Part shown: in pieces, positions 10,127-22,983 of the stretch
Position numbering within the stretch: position 1 is the stretch's first letter
How the letters are laid out: each line of letters opens with the position of its first letter
Origin: Psammoneis japonica
Taxonomy: Eukaryota
Assembly (NCBI GenBank): GCA_008632985.1
Contig: QPGO01000127.1
Location: forward strand, 124,001-188,000
Direction: 5' to 3'
DNA length: 64,000 nt
The notes under the pieces: model-generated
Seen by the model: the letters and a program-made list of their open reading frames with translations, nothing else
Told to the model about the DNA's origin: nothing
The model's database searches: none
Position numbers and translations under genes: made by a program

Positions 10127-12869
10127 ATGCTTGTGTTTCAATGTTTGATTGCGTTGAGCACATTTCGAGCTGTACGCGGTTTCGCATACGCACCAAACTT
10201 TATCACGAAAATCATTGAACAAGACACTGGAATTGAACCGATTGGACTGTTGCAAGTCGAGGAGGAGACGGAAAAAATCAATGGTGTGGCAGAAGACATA
10301 AAGTTACATCGCCAGTGACAACCAGATTTCCCCCCGAACCCAATGGCTACTTACATTTGGGCCACGCCAAGGCGGTATCTTTTAATTTTGCAGTCGCACG
10401 CATGTTTGGAGGCACTTGCAACATGCGTCTTGACGATACGAATCCCAGTAAGGAAGGACAAGAATATGTAGATTCCATCTTGGAAGATGTGCGATGGATT
10501 CAGTCGGGTTTGTACGACGGAGATGCACCTTGGTCAGGATCGGTTCGGCAAACTTCCGACAATTTTGATTTGATTTATGATTGCGCTGTTGCTCTCATTA
10601 AGCAAGGCGATGCCTATGTTGATTCGCTTTCTGCGGAGGAAATGAGAGAGTACCGGGGAACTCTTACTGAACCTGGTAAAGATAGTCCTTATCGAAGTCG
10701 TAGTGTGGAAGAGAACCTTGATCTCTTTGCACGGGTAAGTTGGTGTCGTTTTTCGTAATACGTGTTAGTATGGCGCGCTTCTCTGCTCACTCTGATATGA
10801 TATTGTAATAATCATGTCATCCTCTTCTTTGCAGATGAAAGCAGGAGAATTTTCAGAGGGTGAATACATTTTGAGAGCAAAAATCGACATGGCCTCTCCG
10901 AACATTAACATGCGGGATCCTGCGCTGTTTCGCATCAAGCACGAGTCTCATCAGAGTACGGGCGACGAGTGGTGCATTTACCCCATGTATGACTTTAGTC
11001 ATCCCATTTCAGATGCTGTAGAAGGAATTACTCACTCACTGTGTACTCTGGAATTCGAGGATCATCGTCCATTTTATGATTGGACCGTGGAGAAACTGAA
11101 ATCTGCTGGTCTCCTGTCGGCCAATCCTCAACAAATTGAATTCAGTCGCCTGAATGTCAAGTAAGGATATTGATATCGCGAATGTGGAGTTTCGCCACTT
11201 GATTTAAAGTGCTTCTTACACACGTGTGCGTTTGCTTTGTAGGAACACGGTCTTGTCCAAGCGAAAACTGATTCAGTTAGTGGAGGATAAGCACGTGAGT
11301 GGTTGGGACGATCCACGCATGCCCACCTTGTCCGGGATGCGGCGAAGGGGTATTCCTCCAGCCGCGCTTCGGCTATTTTGTGAGAGAATGGGTATCAGTA
11401 AGTCAGACTCGAACATTGATTACAAGGTGCTTGAGGAGTGTGTAAGAGAGGAAATGGACGAAGTTTGCGCTCGTGCCTTTTGTATTTTGAAACCCCTCAA
11501 GGTGACCATTCAAAACTGGGGTGGCTCCACTCTCGAGGACTTTGATGTACCACGTCATCCAAAGAAGGAGGAAATGGGCGAAAGAACGATTCCTTTTGGG
11601 AAGCACCTGTATATAGAACGTAGCGATTTCTTCGATACGGAGGGTCCGGAAGGTGAAGCTACTGGCAAGGCGCCACCTAGAGGTTTCAAACGGCTTCTTC
11701 CTGGAGGACAGGTTAGGCTCAAATATGCATATGTCATTAGTTGCGATGAAGTCGTGAGAGATCCAAAAACCAATGAGCCGACAGAGTTGGTCTGCACCGT
11801 CTATCCTGAAACACGAGCGGGCGTGACGCCCGAAGGAATGAAACGAGTCAAGGGAATTATTCAGTGGGTGGAAGCTAGCTCTGGCATCAAGTGCAAAGTC
11901 AACCAATACGACAGACTATTCCTTACCGAGGAACCGGGAAAAGAAAGTGGAGACTACATCAAGGATATAAATCCCAACTCGCTAGAAGTTTTGGAAGGGG
12001 TGGTCGTCGAACCAAGTGTTGCCATGGATGCGCTCTCCATTCTTGCCGACATTCGTCAACAGGAAGAAACTGGAGTCGAAGGAGAAAAGATTTACCCCTC
12101 TCAGTTGGCCTATCAATTCGAACGCAGTGGGTACTTTGCATTGGATCCAGCTTCGACGGACATTGACAATCTGGTCTTTAATCGCGTGGTCACACTACGA
12201 GACACCTGGGGTATGGATAAAAGCAACGCTGGTCAGTCGCAACGAAAGCGAGGCGATGGTAAAAAGCAGCCGCAACAGAGAAAAAGGGGTGGCGGCGGAG
12301 GAGGAGGTAACAATGCCGTTGTGGAAGACATTCGCCGCCCAGCCCTTCGAGCAGCCACGATTTTGGAAGCTGGTCCCCATCCGGAAGCAGATAGTCTTAT
12401 TGTGTGTAAAGTGGATTGCGGCGACGTCTCTGAGGAAACAAAAGAACCCGAACCTCGAACTGTGGTGGCAGGCCTTGCTGGTAAAATTCCTTTCGACGAC
12501 TTGGTTGGAAGTAAAGTTGTTTGCGTCACCAACCTCAAGCCTGCGAAGATGCGTGGAATAGAGAGCACGGCAATGCTCCTGGCGGCGTCCGATGGCCAGG
12601 AAGGTGACAACGAAAAGGTGGAACTCCTGTCCGTGCCTGATGCTGTCCCGAACGGAGAACTTGTGTCGTTTGAGGGCAAGGAAGCGAGCGAACCTGATCC
12701 CATGATGAAGAGCAAAGGCGCCGTCAAGGCATGGGAACGAGCCAAGTCAGGACTCCAAGCAAATGCTGAAGGGGTGGCGACGTATGTGCAAGACGGGAAA
12801 GATTACCCAATGATTACTAGCGCTGGCCCAGTGAAGACGACGTCGCTGGTCAATGCTGACATTCAATGA
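10127..12869 (+). CDS. glnS: Glutaminyl-tRNA synthetase with N-terminal targeting peptide and C-terminal tRNA-binding OB-fold (Trbp111/EMAPII-like)
   Basis: [28 protein letters not shown] (HIGH), [16 protein letters not shown], then [30 protein letters not shown]. Introns 10735-10834 and 11161-11242. One frameshift near 10275-10305. Confidence 0.93.
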
Positions 12870-12968
12870 CGAGCGATGCGACTACAAAGTTAAACAGCAG
12901 AGTTAATCAGAAGCTACTAGAAGAGGAATTGTAACTCTTATACCGCCTTTGCAACTACCGCCTCAACT

Positions 12969-15584
12969 TTAGTGCACAAACTTGTGGTTACTGCTGTCAC
13001 GGGATAGTTCGTTTTGGTTCACGCTTTCCAAAAAGTCTGCGTTGCTCTTATCCTTTGGGACAACAGCATCAAAACAGTCGCGTTCCAGGTATGTCTTGAA
13101 CTCTAAACCCAAGTAATCAAACACGTCCTTCTCGGTCTCCGCCTCGAGGATGAGCTTGTCGGTGGGACGGGGAATATTTACAATGTTGGTGTTTCGAAAC
13201 AGTCCGTGGTCATTCAGCGACATTCCCTTTACTTTTCTGGTGTAGAGACGCATTGACCTGTTAAAATGTCCATTTCCTTTCGTGTTCAGAAGCACCATAG
13301 AAATGCATTAGATATCGCGTTATGGACTGCGAAACAAAAACGGAGACACCAAGACACATACCGATAAAGTACAGACTCGCAAACACTCGTTCACGGTAGG
13401 GATAGAACTTGATGTCGATACGTCTGCGTTTGCCGGGCACGACAGGAGAGCAAAATACACCCATGTATGAGGAAGAAGAGCCATATCCCATTGCCACTGC
13501 TTCGCTCGATTCATAGTCCTGGCTGCCATCGGTTGTATCCTCAGACTCGTCGAGGCCAGACAATCGCGTCAAGTGATGATAAATGTGCCCACGTTTCCTC
13601 AATCGCTCGGCTAGTTCGCTAATAGCTCCCCGCGGTGTGGTGGCGACAAAGTCGGGATGAGTAATGAGAATGTCAATGTCACCACACGAAACACTGCCTC
13701 GTCGATAGCTCCCCATGAGTTCCACAACGGCCTTGGGGAAGCGTTCCAGACACGCCTCTCGAACAATAGCTGCAATCGCTTCGACTTCCTTCCGCGTCAT
13801 TTTTTCTCGAAAGTCTTCATAACATTCGAGACCGACCAACTGGTTGCGGGTCAAGGTCGTCAGAGTACCCGATGACACTCCGGCACGAACCTGATCAATG
13901 CTCATAAAGCCCGCGTTCAGCAGCTCGCTTGCCTGGTGTTATAACGACGCGAATAGTGCATCCCATTTTGAGTGGTGTGAGATTGGTATCAAGAATGCAG
14001 TGCTCAACAGTTAAACTCACCCGTTTCGGTCCAACATCATATATATGTGTCAATTGGTCCATGGCGATACGGTCAGGATCTTTTTCAAACTCGATAACAC
14101 GCTGGCACTCGCCCGTTTCCAAGTATTCTCGAATCTTTTGTATAGTGGAAGGTCCAAATCCGTTAATGGCTTGCAATCGTTCCAACACGTCCTCGTCGTT
14201 TGTCACATTAAAGTCAAGGTTGCGCAGTCGACCAGCTACCCTTGTAAATGTGTATGCCCTCCATTCGTCTTGTGACTGCAAGGGACAATCTTGGTGGAGT
14301 TTGGCAAGCTTTGCAAAGAGATTGGATAATTCCATGTTTCTAAAGACGAGACGAGTATGAAGAGCATTGAGTGAGACTTATGCAAGAGTACCCAGAGTCA
14401 ACCATTGCTAAGGCATACCTTTGTTTGGGATTGCCATTTGACCCCTCGTTGGCGGTTTCGGCTGCCGGCTTTTTTGCCTCTGGCGGAGCCTGTTCAGCTT
14501 GCTTCTGTCGCCCGTTGGCAGGACAATTTTCCTTTTCAACTTTTCGTTTCTACAATATACAAGTAACAATGTTAGCCACTCCGCAGGCATATATACCAAA
14601 CGGTACTTTGCATACAGTTACCTTATTGTTTGCTGTAGTGGAAAATCCCAGTCCGTTCCACACCTGCGCAAAGGTTGGATCCTCGAGCGTGAGGCCTCGT
14701 GCTTTTGCCACCCAGTCTGGTTTTACAAGTTCAATCTCGTGCTTGTCGACAAATCCAGTCAATTCTCCCACGGTATCAAACTTGCAATGCTTGGCCAATG
14801 CTGGTGGAGGCACGCCAGATTCCACGACAATGTGTGTCACGCCTTTTGCAAGATCTTGAACAACAGTTGCGCCCTTGGATTTTGCAAACTGAGTCAAGCA
14901 ACCAATCCGAGTCTCTGACATGCTGGGTCCCAACGCTACAAAGAATAAGCAAAAGCCCTTTGCTTTTTTGTCTTCTATAACAAGAGACTCTTGCGATGAT
15001 TCGGCAGTCAAATCAACCGTATCTGGAATTTTCTTTTGCGGAGCAACGGCCGCTTTAGTTTTCTTTGCCACCGGTGCGTCAGCCGTCGGCTGAACTTCAC
15101 GCTTTTTCAATGCTTGTTCACTCTTTAACACCACTAATTCAAATTCCATTTTTCCAGATATCTGTAATTCTGCTGCACCAAGCGTTAGTATGGACCCCAC
15201 CTTGACTGGTACGGGTCCTAACCACTCGCCGCTACCTTGCGGAGGCGCTTTCTGCCCGTCGATTCTCGTTAGAAAACGGGCATTCACGCCCCTCACACTC
15301 ACGTATCCAACAACATCATCCCCATCCTTTGTATTCTTTGGTTGAGCATACGTAAATTTGACCATTTCACGAGAGAGTTTAAAGCCCCAGGCTTCCACGG
15401 GGCTGCACTTATTGCATTTCTGCTTGGGATTGCAATTGCAGGCGATTCGCATGGATTTCAAAAACTCGCGTCGTCCCAGAATCGTATTATTCTTCTCTAA
15501 ACAAATAACTGAAGCTTGATTCGTAGCATTAGCACGACGTGTAGGGAGCCAACCGTACTTAATGATGGTTGGCGATTCTGTCAT
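12969..15584 (-). CDS. POLL: X-family DNA polymerase (lambda-like) with BRCT and a putative FHA-like N-terminal domain, 5 exons
   Basis: BRCT-like (GVTHIVV..LVKPDWV), HhH GFGPSTIQKIREYLETG, MGSYRRG..CGDIDILIT, RRIDIK, YFIGNGHFNRSMR, TEKDVFDYLGL. In-frame GT-AG introns 14621-14550, 14418-14340, 14020-13933, 13361-13277. Confidence 0.9.
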
Positions 15585-15832
15585 GGTCACCCTATTTGTT
15601 TCGCTGTCTCATCATCAACTTTGAAACTCTCAACGCGATTTTGATTTGCGATCCAAGACAGTCTGACCATCTGTCCCATCGATTTCATTCTTTGCCCACA
15701 TCATCGTCCTTCTCTATCTCGCTCCCACGAAAGCTTGGCCTCCTGCTCTACTCTCTGCTCGTAGTGCATGGCGACAATCTCCACTCTCTAGTGGTAGCTA
15801 GAGTTGCTCGAGTAGAGGGCCCTCTCTGCTAG

Positions 15833-16895
15833 AGAGGACTTTGCATGGCAGGTGGCGGCAGGGCAGTTGAGACGCCACAGAAGGCAGTGGAGTGTTGTGT
15901 GATGCAGCATTGTGGCAAGGTTGCAACTGTTGTGGAGACCTTGCAAGGTCAATGGAGGCACTTGTTTGCATGCCGCCAATGGTTTCAGCACTGACCCTGT
16001 GAGGGCAAAGATGCATTTTATGTCCCCGAAGGTGGCGGAATCCGGGTTCTGGATTTTTGACAGAAACGCCATCGGGGACATTTTTCATGACCCCTTGGGT
16101 GCCAGGATGACGAAACGAGCATTTGTGCCCACGGGCAAAAAGCACCCTGCCAGGCGGAAGGCACCCGGAAAACAGTGCCCTGTTGGGCACTTTGCTTCTT
16201 TGCAGGGTGTCCGGCACGTGATGAACGCCCACAACATGCGCTGCAATCCTGCGAGCTCTGGCAGCTCTTTTGCAGCAACTCCCTCCAACCCAAGTTTTCA
16301 CATCAAGAAATCACACAAGCAACCATGAGCCATGAGCCACTCTCCCACCTGCTCCCACCCCTTCCAGCCACAAGACAATGCCTGCTTGCAGCACAGAAGA
16401 GTTGCTTGCATTGCACAGCAAAGAAGACGTTGACATTTTTGGCCTGACGGCTTCTCAAAATGCGCCTGCTGCTGGCGCAAGTGATGAGAGGCTGCTGTCG
16501 TCAACAAGGCAACCGACCGGCCATCAGGTGGCAAAAAACGTTTGTGTTTCAGTTTCCTGGCATCTTTGAGAAGGCAGCCGGTGAGCACATTTCTGCTTGG
16601 ATTTGCCCTTCTTCACATTGTTTTGATCAAAATCGAGCTCCATCATGCATTCTCAAATTGTTGGATGATCTGGCACTCTTCAAGATGAGCTGCCGGAAGG
16701 AGCACTCAGCACTTCTGTTGCTCATAAATTGCTTGTGTTGAGTGCCAACAAAATGGGTCATCCAAGGACAAAGCATGGCGTGACTGCTGCAACGAATCCG
16801 TGAGCTCCAAGAATGATGCCATCAAGTTGGGAGCGGTGATGGGGGTGATGGAGAAAACATCATTTTGCAGTTTAGATGGAGACGACTGACAAGCA
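15833..16895. other. TpA-depleted domain B (CpG largely retained)
   Basis: One TA seen between 15833 and 16724, while dozens of CG remain. No credible CDS. Confidence 0.85.
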
Positions 16896-17567
16896 CTGTA
16901 AACAATTTGGGCTATAAATCGAACATCCACAAGCGGCATGTCTTGGTTTGCGTGAGGCATAAAAAATAGACGTCAATCTGTTTTCGAGTGATTCTCCGTT
17001 ACGGAGAGACACACTTGCTGTGGACAATTCGAGTCACATTAAATCCTGGCTATATTTTTTTTGCTATTTTTGATTAGGAAGTTTTGGAAAGTGACAAATC
17101 TAGAATTGTCTAATTTTAAAAAAGTTACGTATTACAAATCTTGAGCTATGACGTTATGTATGTTGATAATCTAAAACTGTCCAGTTCTAGAATTGGACAA
17201 TTTAGTTCTCTATGCATAGAGAGCGAAATTGTGGGAAAATGTCCGAAAGACATCGTTTCGACTTTAATAAGTCATTTTGAAAGAAAGTTTCATAAATGGT
17301 TTTGAAAAGTACATTATTTTTAAGATATGTTCATAATCATCACTCTGTCGTGCTGTAGTAGGCATAAAAAGGTACTATGGTACCGGTATTGACCATTTTC
17401 AGTCATTTGACGCGATGTTTCAAGTTTTGGATCCTGCATGCAACCGTGGTTCCCGTCATGATTCCGACGCACGAGTATTCATGTTGTCCATTATTTCTAC
17501 TTTTGCTCTCGTTCGAAAGCATCTGCGGTAGAACAACTGCAAACCATCTCTCTCATATCAATCATTC

Positions 17568-19298
17568 ATGAAGTATTCAGCTCTGACTGTTTTTGGATTG
17601 CTCTCTGCAGCAACCATTGGGTTTGTCGCATGGGACAAAACTCGTTCCCACGAGTTCAAGATGACCAAGATGTCACCTCCGGAAGGACCAGGAGACGTTT
17701 CAAACACCCTCAATCTTGGTGCACATGAGCCGTGCTTCATCTGTGGAACAACAGATGGGGTTGTGGGTAACAAGGATGCAATGGTTTCGGCGCCTTCCTT
17801 TCTGCGCGGCATAGATGGCGGCAAGCATCATGGCGTTACTTGTGAACGCTACGACAACATGGGTGTGACCGGTAACATCGTCCCAGAGTTGTGTAACGAT
17901 CCTTTGCACAAAGCCTACATCGACGTACAATGCGAGTGTATGGCAAAGAAGAACGACGCGGACGCTGCGACGCCACCGGAAGGTGGTGTTCGAGAAGACG
18001 GTGGAGGGGAATACTTCCAAGATGCCAACCTCAAGCGCCTAGGCCTTCGGGTACACAAGCGAGCTCGAGATGGGGCAATTGGTCTCCAGTTGGCCGATGG
18101 CCGACCCATCACTCCCGACATTCTTGAAAAGATGCGCAACAGAATCAAGACCGGGGAGGGACGCAAGCTTGGTGACAAATCTGCAATTGTGATAGACAAT
18201 GGTTCAGGCCTTATTAAGGCCGGCTTTGCTGGCGACGATGCTCCCAGAGCAGTCTTTCCGTCAATTGTAGGCCGTCCCAAGCACCCAGGCGTGATGGTAG
18301 GGATGGGACAAAAGGATGCTTATGTTGGTGATGAAGCCTTTGCGAAACGTAGCATACTGACCATCAAACATCCTATCGAACATGGCATCGTGACCAATTG
18401 GGACGACATGGAAAAAATTTGGCATCACACGTACTACAACGAACTCCGTGTAGCTCCTGAAGAACATCCCGTGTTACTCACCGAAGCCCCTCTCAATCCG
18501 AAGGCAAATAGGGAGAAAATGACACAAATCATGTTTGAAACCTTCAATGCCCCACAATTCTATGTGTCAATCGCAGCCGTGCTCAGTCTATATGCGACCG
18601 GAAGAACCACAGGGATTGTTCTCGATGCTGGTGACGGTGTTACCCACGTTGTTCCAATTTATGAAGGCTATGTGCTTCCTCATGCTGTGAACAGGCTAGA
18701 CCTTGCAGGAAGAGACGTCACAGACTTTCTACGAACGATCCTGTCAGAACGCGGTTACTCATTCACAACTTCGGCTGAAAAAGAGATTGTCCGTGACATC
18801 AAGGAAAAATGTTGCTTCGTGGCTATCCACTATGATGACGAGATGCTAATGGCGTCCGTACGGAAACACGAACACGATCAGAACTACGAACTACCTGATG
18901 GTCAAGTCATTACTATCGGCGCCGAACGATTCCGTGCACCAGAAATGCTGTTCAAACCTCGTTTGATAGGTTCAGAGCAAAAAGGGATTCACAGGCTGGT
19001 GCATGATACGATTATGAAGTGTGATTCTGACACTTGGAAGGAATTGTATGGCAACATTGTGATGGCTGGCGGAAGCACCATGTTTGAAGGCATTGCAGAA
19101 AGGTTACAAAAAGAAGTGTATTACCTTGCTCCTGATGAAAGTGTGGTAGTCAAAGTAATTGCTCGTCCTGATCGAAAGTATTTGGCGTGGATTGGGGGCT
19201 CAATCCTTGCCAATCCAGAAGACTTTGAGGACAGGTGGATCACCAAGGACGAATACGACCAAGCGGGCCCATCAATTGTTCACAGAAAGTGCACTTAG
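17568..19298 (+). CDS. ACT: Actin-like protein with a 201-aa N-terminal extension (signal peptide, Cys-rich domain, RKL site)
   Basis: Single 576-aa ORF. Residues 202-576 are actin ([86 protein letters not shown]). N-terminus [22 protein letters not shown]. Confidence 0.9.
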
Positions 19299-22200
19299 CT
19301 TCATAGATTCCATGTTCAAGTTAGTTTTGACCCTTGTCGCCTACATTAGGGCTGTATCTATGTGCTCCTAGAGATGATTTGAAATGCACACCGTTGAGAA
19401 AATCTTGAGCAATTCCGCGTTCTAGATGAGACATTTTGGATGTCCAGTGCACTGGCTTGCTGGGCAAGAAGTGGTGAAGAGCAGGGCAAATGCAATGAGC
19501 TTGGTCATTTTTGGAGAGATTGGAGAGTGCTTTGTTGGATTGCAGATGGTGATTTTGTGAGAGGGGCAAGAGATGCTGTGATGTGATTTGAAACAATCTG
19601 TGCGCAGTTGTTCCACATTACTTTTGGTCACTGTGCACAATTGAGGATCATGGTTCGCATGCACAGCGCCAGTGCATCGCGCCTTCAAGATTGCTGTGAG
19701 GTGGCAGATGGCACTGTCAGCTTGTTGCACTCCTGCTGTTATTGTTTCAGGCCAGTCAGGATGTCTCCTGCATGCACAGTCAGATTGAAGAGGGTTTGCA
19801 TTCATCAAGACTGCCCCATTGACACACAGGAACAGTGGCAAGCTGCCTTGTCATTGTGGCTGAGCAGCCTGCCTCATCTGCCTTTGCCCAGCTTCACACA
19901 GCTCATGCCAGCCACAATGAGTGACTGCACCATGACACCCAACAGCAGAAAACAAGTCTTGTCTTGATGATGATGCTCCTCCCCTCTCATCTGTGTGTGC
20001 AGAGTGTGGAGGCTGTGGAGCACATTGGTGCTGGCCTGTGCTTTGTCCTCTTTCTGCTTGCTTGAATCTTTTGCTTTCAGGTGCACCCAAGCCTGCTGGT
20101 GCTCTGCACTTTCAGGCTAAAGCCCAGAGAACAGGGTCCATCAAAATTGAGAACATGCACTCCTCCTTGATTGGCCAACAGCCTCATGGCACTCAGCGCG
20201 ATGATCATGCTTCTAGATGCAATGTGCACATGCATTTGATGGGATGTTTGGGTGCTTTCTTGTCAGCCTTGGTGGTCAACGCTGTCTGTTGTTTGCCACT
20301 CCATTGGCACACAGTGTCTCTGCATCTCTCAGCACTTTGAAAAGCAGGCATGATTGGCTTCTTTGCCAAATTGGAAAGCTGGCACTGTTCATCACAGCAG
20401 CCCATACAAAGCCAAGCTGACCTTTGCACATTTTCAGTCAGCAATGTTCTTGATTTCCACATTTGACACTTTGCACTTGTCATTGAGCACGTTGAAAATT
20501 TTTCTTGGTGCTGCAGCACCAAATGCAGCCATTGGTTGTTCACACTCTTCAATGGAGTGGGTCCCCGGCACAGCTGGGACAAAAAATTGAGAAAATCAAA
20601 ATCCAGCGCAGTTGCTTTGAGTTGGAGGAGGATTCATCGGAGGTGTGCCTGTCTCATCCTGGGGTTGATGTGCATGACGAGGGGGGTGAGGGGGTGACAC
20701 ATCATCACACTTTGCGTTGGTGGGTTCTTTGCAGCATGGCTCTTTTTGCTTGCATTTGAAAGCCAACTCCAGGTTTCCTTGACTGCTTGGTTTGGTTTTG
20801 CCCATTTGGGGATTCCCCAAAATGGCAAGGGCAAGGGGGAATTGCCTTGCCCTTTTGGGGAACACCCAGGAAATGAGGGCAATTTGGCGGGAAGGAAAGG
20901 CTGAAAGGGGTCAGGGGAAGGATCAAAAAATGAGTGCCGCGCGGCAATTCCCATCTTGTTTTACATGGGCGGGTGTGCTGTTTGTCACATCATCTGGCCA
21001 GCCAGAGCCAGCCATGGTCTGCCGCCAATGACCATGACAGATGCATTGACAAATCAACACAAAGCATCCCCTTGTGGTGCAACAAGGGAAGAACAACTTT
21101 GCCATTCAATCATGCACATTGACATTGCTCACAAGGTGTCTGCAAAAGTGGCAGCCATGCTCTGATGGGAGGGGCTCCAGTCCTCTTTGGAAGTGGTGCC
21201 GCACAAAGCTGTCGAGTTCCTGCACAGCCTGTTCTGTGAGTTGTGGGTGTGGCCACCTTCCACAGCTCTTCACTTTGCTTGTTTGATTGACTGTTCCTCA
21301 GACATGCTTCAAATGGTGAGCTCATTTTGACCACAAAGAAGCAGCTTCAAATTGGCGATCTGTTTTCTGTGTGGATTGTGCGCAACATTCCAGCATCTCT
21401 GATGTCACACAGGGAACATTCAATCTCCTAAAATGATCCTTTGCAAACTCAAACTGGACTGACAACAAGATCATCTCATCACCCATGAGCTGCAGCACTG
21501 TCTTGCAACCAAAGCAGCTCTTTGCAAAGTTGATTTTTGAGCTGATTTCAGCTCTCAAACCAAGAGCATTCAAAACATTTTTGTGCTGCTGAGCTGCTGT
21601 TGACTGTCATGATCATGAGCTCCTTTCCATCTCTAAGACAGTGCTGCAATGATGTCAGCGGGGCACTCAAATGTTTTGCACTTTGTTGCGGAATCTTCTG
21701 TTTGTTCTCAAATTGAGCTGCCCACAAGACATCTCAATCCATGCAAGACAAACAAGTGCCAGGCCGTCAGATGTTGTGATCTTGCCTTTTGGTGGAGACC
21801 GTGGTGGCAGCAAGCACACACAGCTTGCTTGTTTGAGCTCCCACCAACAGGAAAGATGGAAACTCAGCAATTTGTTCAATTCTCTTTGGCAATGATTGAA
21901 AACAGATCTGAGTGTCAACACAAGATGCAGCAATGTCCATCCAAAACAAAGACTTCTCCAAGAGCTTCATGGTCTCATCCAACCATGCCCCAGATGACTG
22001 GAGCATGGTGTTTGTCAACAATGACACCCTGGTGAGGAATCAAGTGAAAGAGAAGCAAATTGCTGTTCAGCCAGTCGTTGGTCATTTGTGACAAAATTGC
22101 AAGGTGAAAAAGCAACAAACAAGTCACACCTGCTTTGGATTTTTGCCTTTTGTTGATGTCATTGATTGTCAAGATTGTGGCCAAAGAAGATGCAATGTCT

Positions 22201-22325
22201 CAAAAAATGTGTGAACCAAGAAGAGGGCAACAAGCAATGTGCTGCAGGTTTCATGACAATTGATGTGGTGTCAGCAGCTCACAACAGCTGTGAACTGATG
22301 AATGCCACCATCATTGAAAGACATT

Positions 22326-22983
22326 GTTGGGGATGGCAGTGGAGCCTGGAGTTGTGCAGATGCAGTGAGAGGTTCAAAACCTCTGGAAGATGGCCCAACA
22401 TCTTACATCTTCTGTCATTGGCACAACATCTTTAGGCAATGGAGTTGGGAATGTCCACCATGCAGGAGATCACAAAGATGTCAAAGACCAAACTTCTGGA
22501 AGTGGATCAACCACAAAAGAGCAAGGAGATCACTCCTCTTGTTCCTTTGTAGAAACCCAAAAGTGATTGAAAAATTGCTTGGGAGTTTCAGTCTGCTGCT
22601 TCTGTCATGGACTTTTGCTTCATGGGCAGATGAGTTGGAAGTGAGTGGACGACATCCTGATCCAATGTTTTGTCCTGTCCTTTGCACATGACTCCATCTG
22701 CAGATGAGCTGAGATGCGAGAACTGAGCCAACTGCACCAAATCCAGATGCATGATCTCCAACAAGCCAATGAGGATCAAGCTCTGAACTAGATGGAACCA
22801 ACAGAGAGAGCAGAGAGGCAAGTTGCCAAGATGTGCCCAGGTGACTGGCAATCAATTTTGTCTTGCAACAAGCAGGAATTGCTCGTGGGAGGCTTGGATT
22901 GATCCCCCAAGCAGTCCACAGACCCACCCAGGTCATCCATGAAAGTGCAGCCCTGCTTGTTGGTGTCTGGCAAGCCACATCCA
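22326..22983 (+). repeat. ~660-bp degenerate direct repeat, copy 1 (copy 2 at ~27011-27683)
   Basis: Shared blocks include catgcaggagatcacaaagat and gagtttcagtctgctgcttctgtcatggacttttgcttcatgggcaga. Confidence 0.9.

Noticed and set aside
10255..10318. Programmed frameshift or 32-nt mini-intron (10284-10315) in GlnRS
   Set aside because: One missing A in a short A run restores the frame, and similar indels occur in several other genes. A 32-nt intron would be far shorter than the others here. Not fully excluded.
12969..15584. Pol lambda as the enzyme causing the neighbouring hypermutation
   Set aside because: Adjacency carries little weight in a eukaryotic genome, and nothing in the sequence links it to a TpA signature.
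17030..17340. AT-rich stretch with an imperfect palindrome around tctaga (~17171-17205) upstream of the actin fusion
   Set aside because: Consistent with ordinary promoter DNA; the palindrome is short and mismatched.
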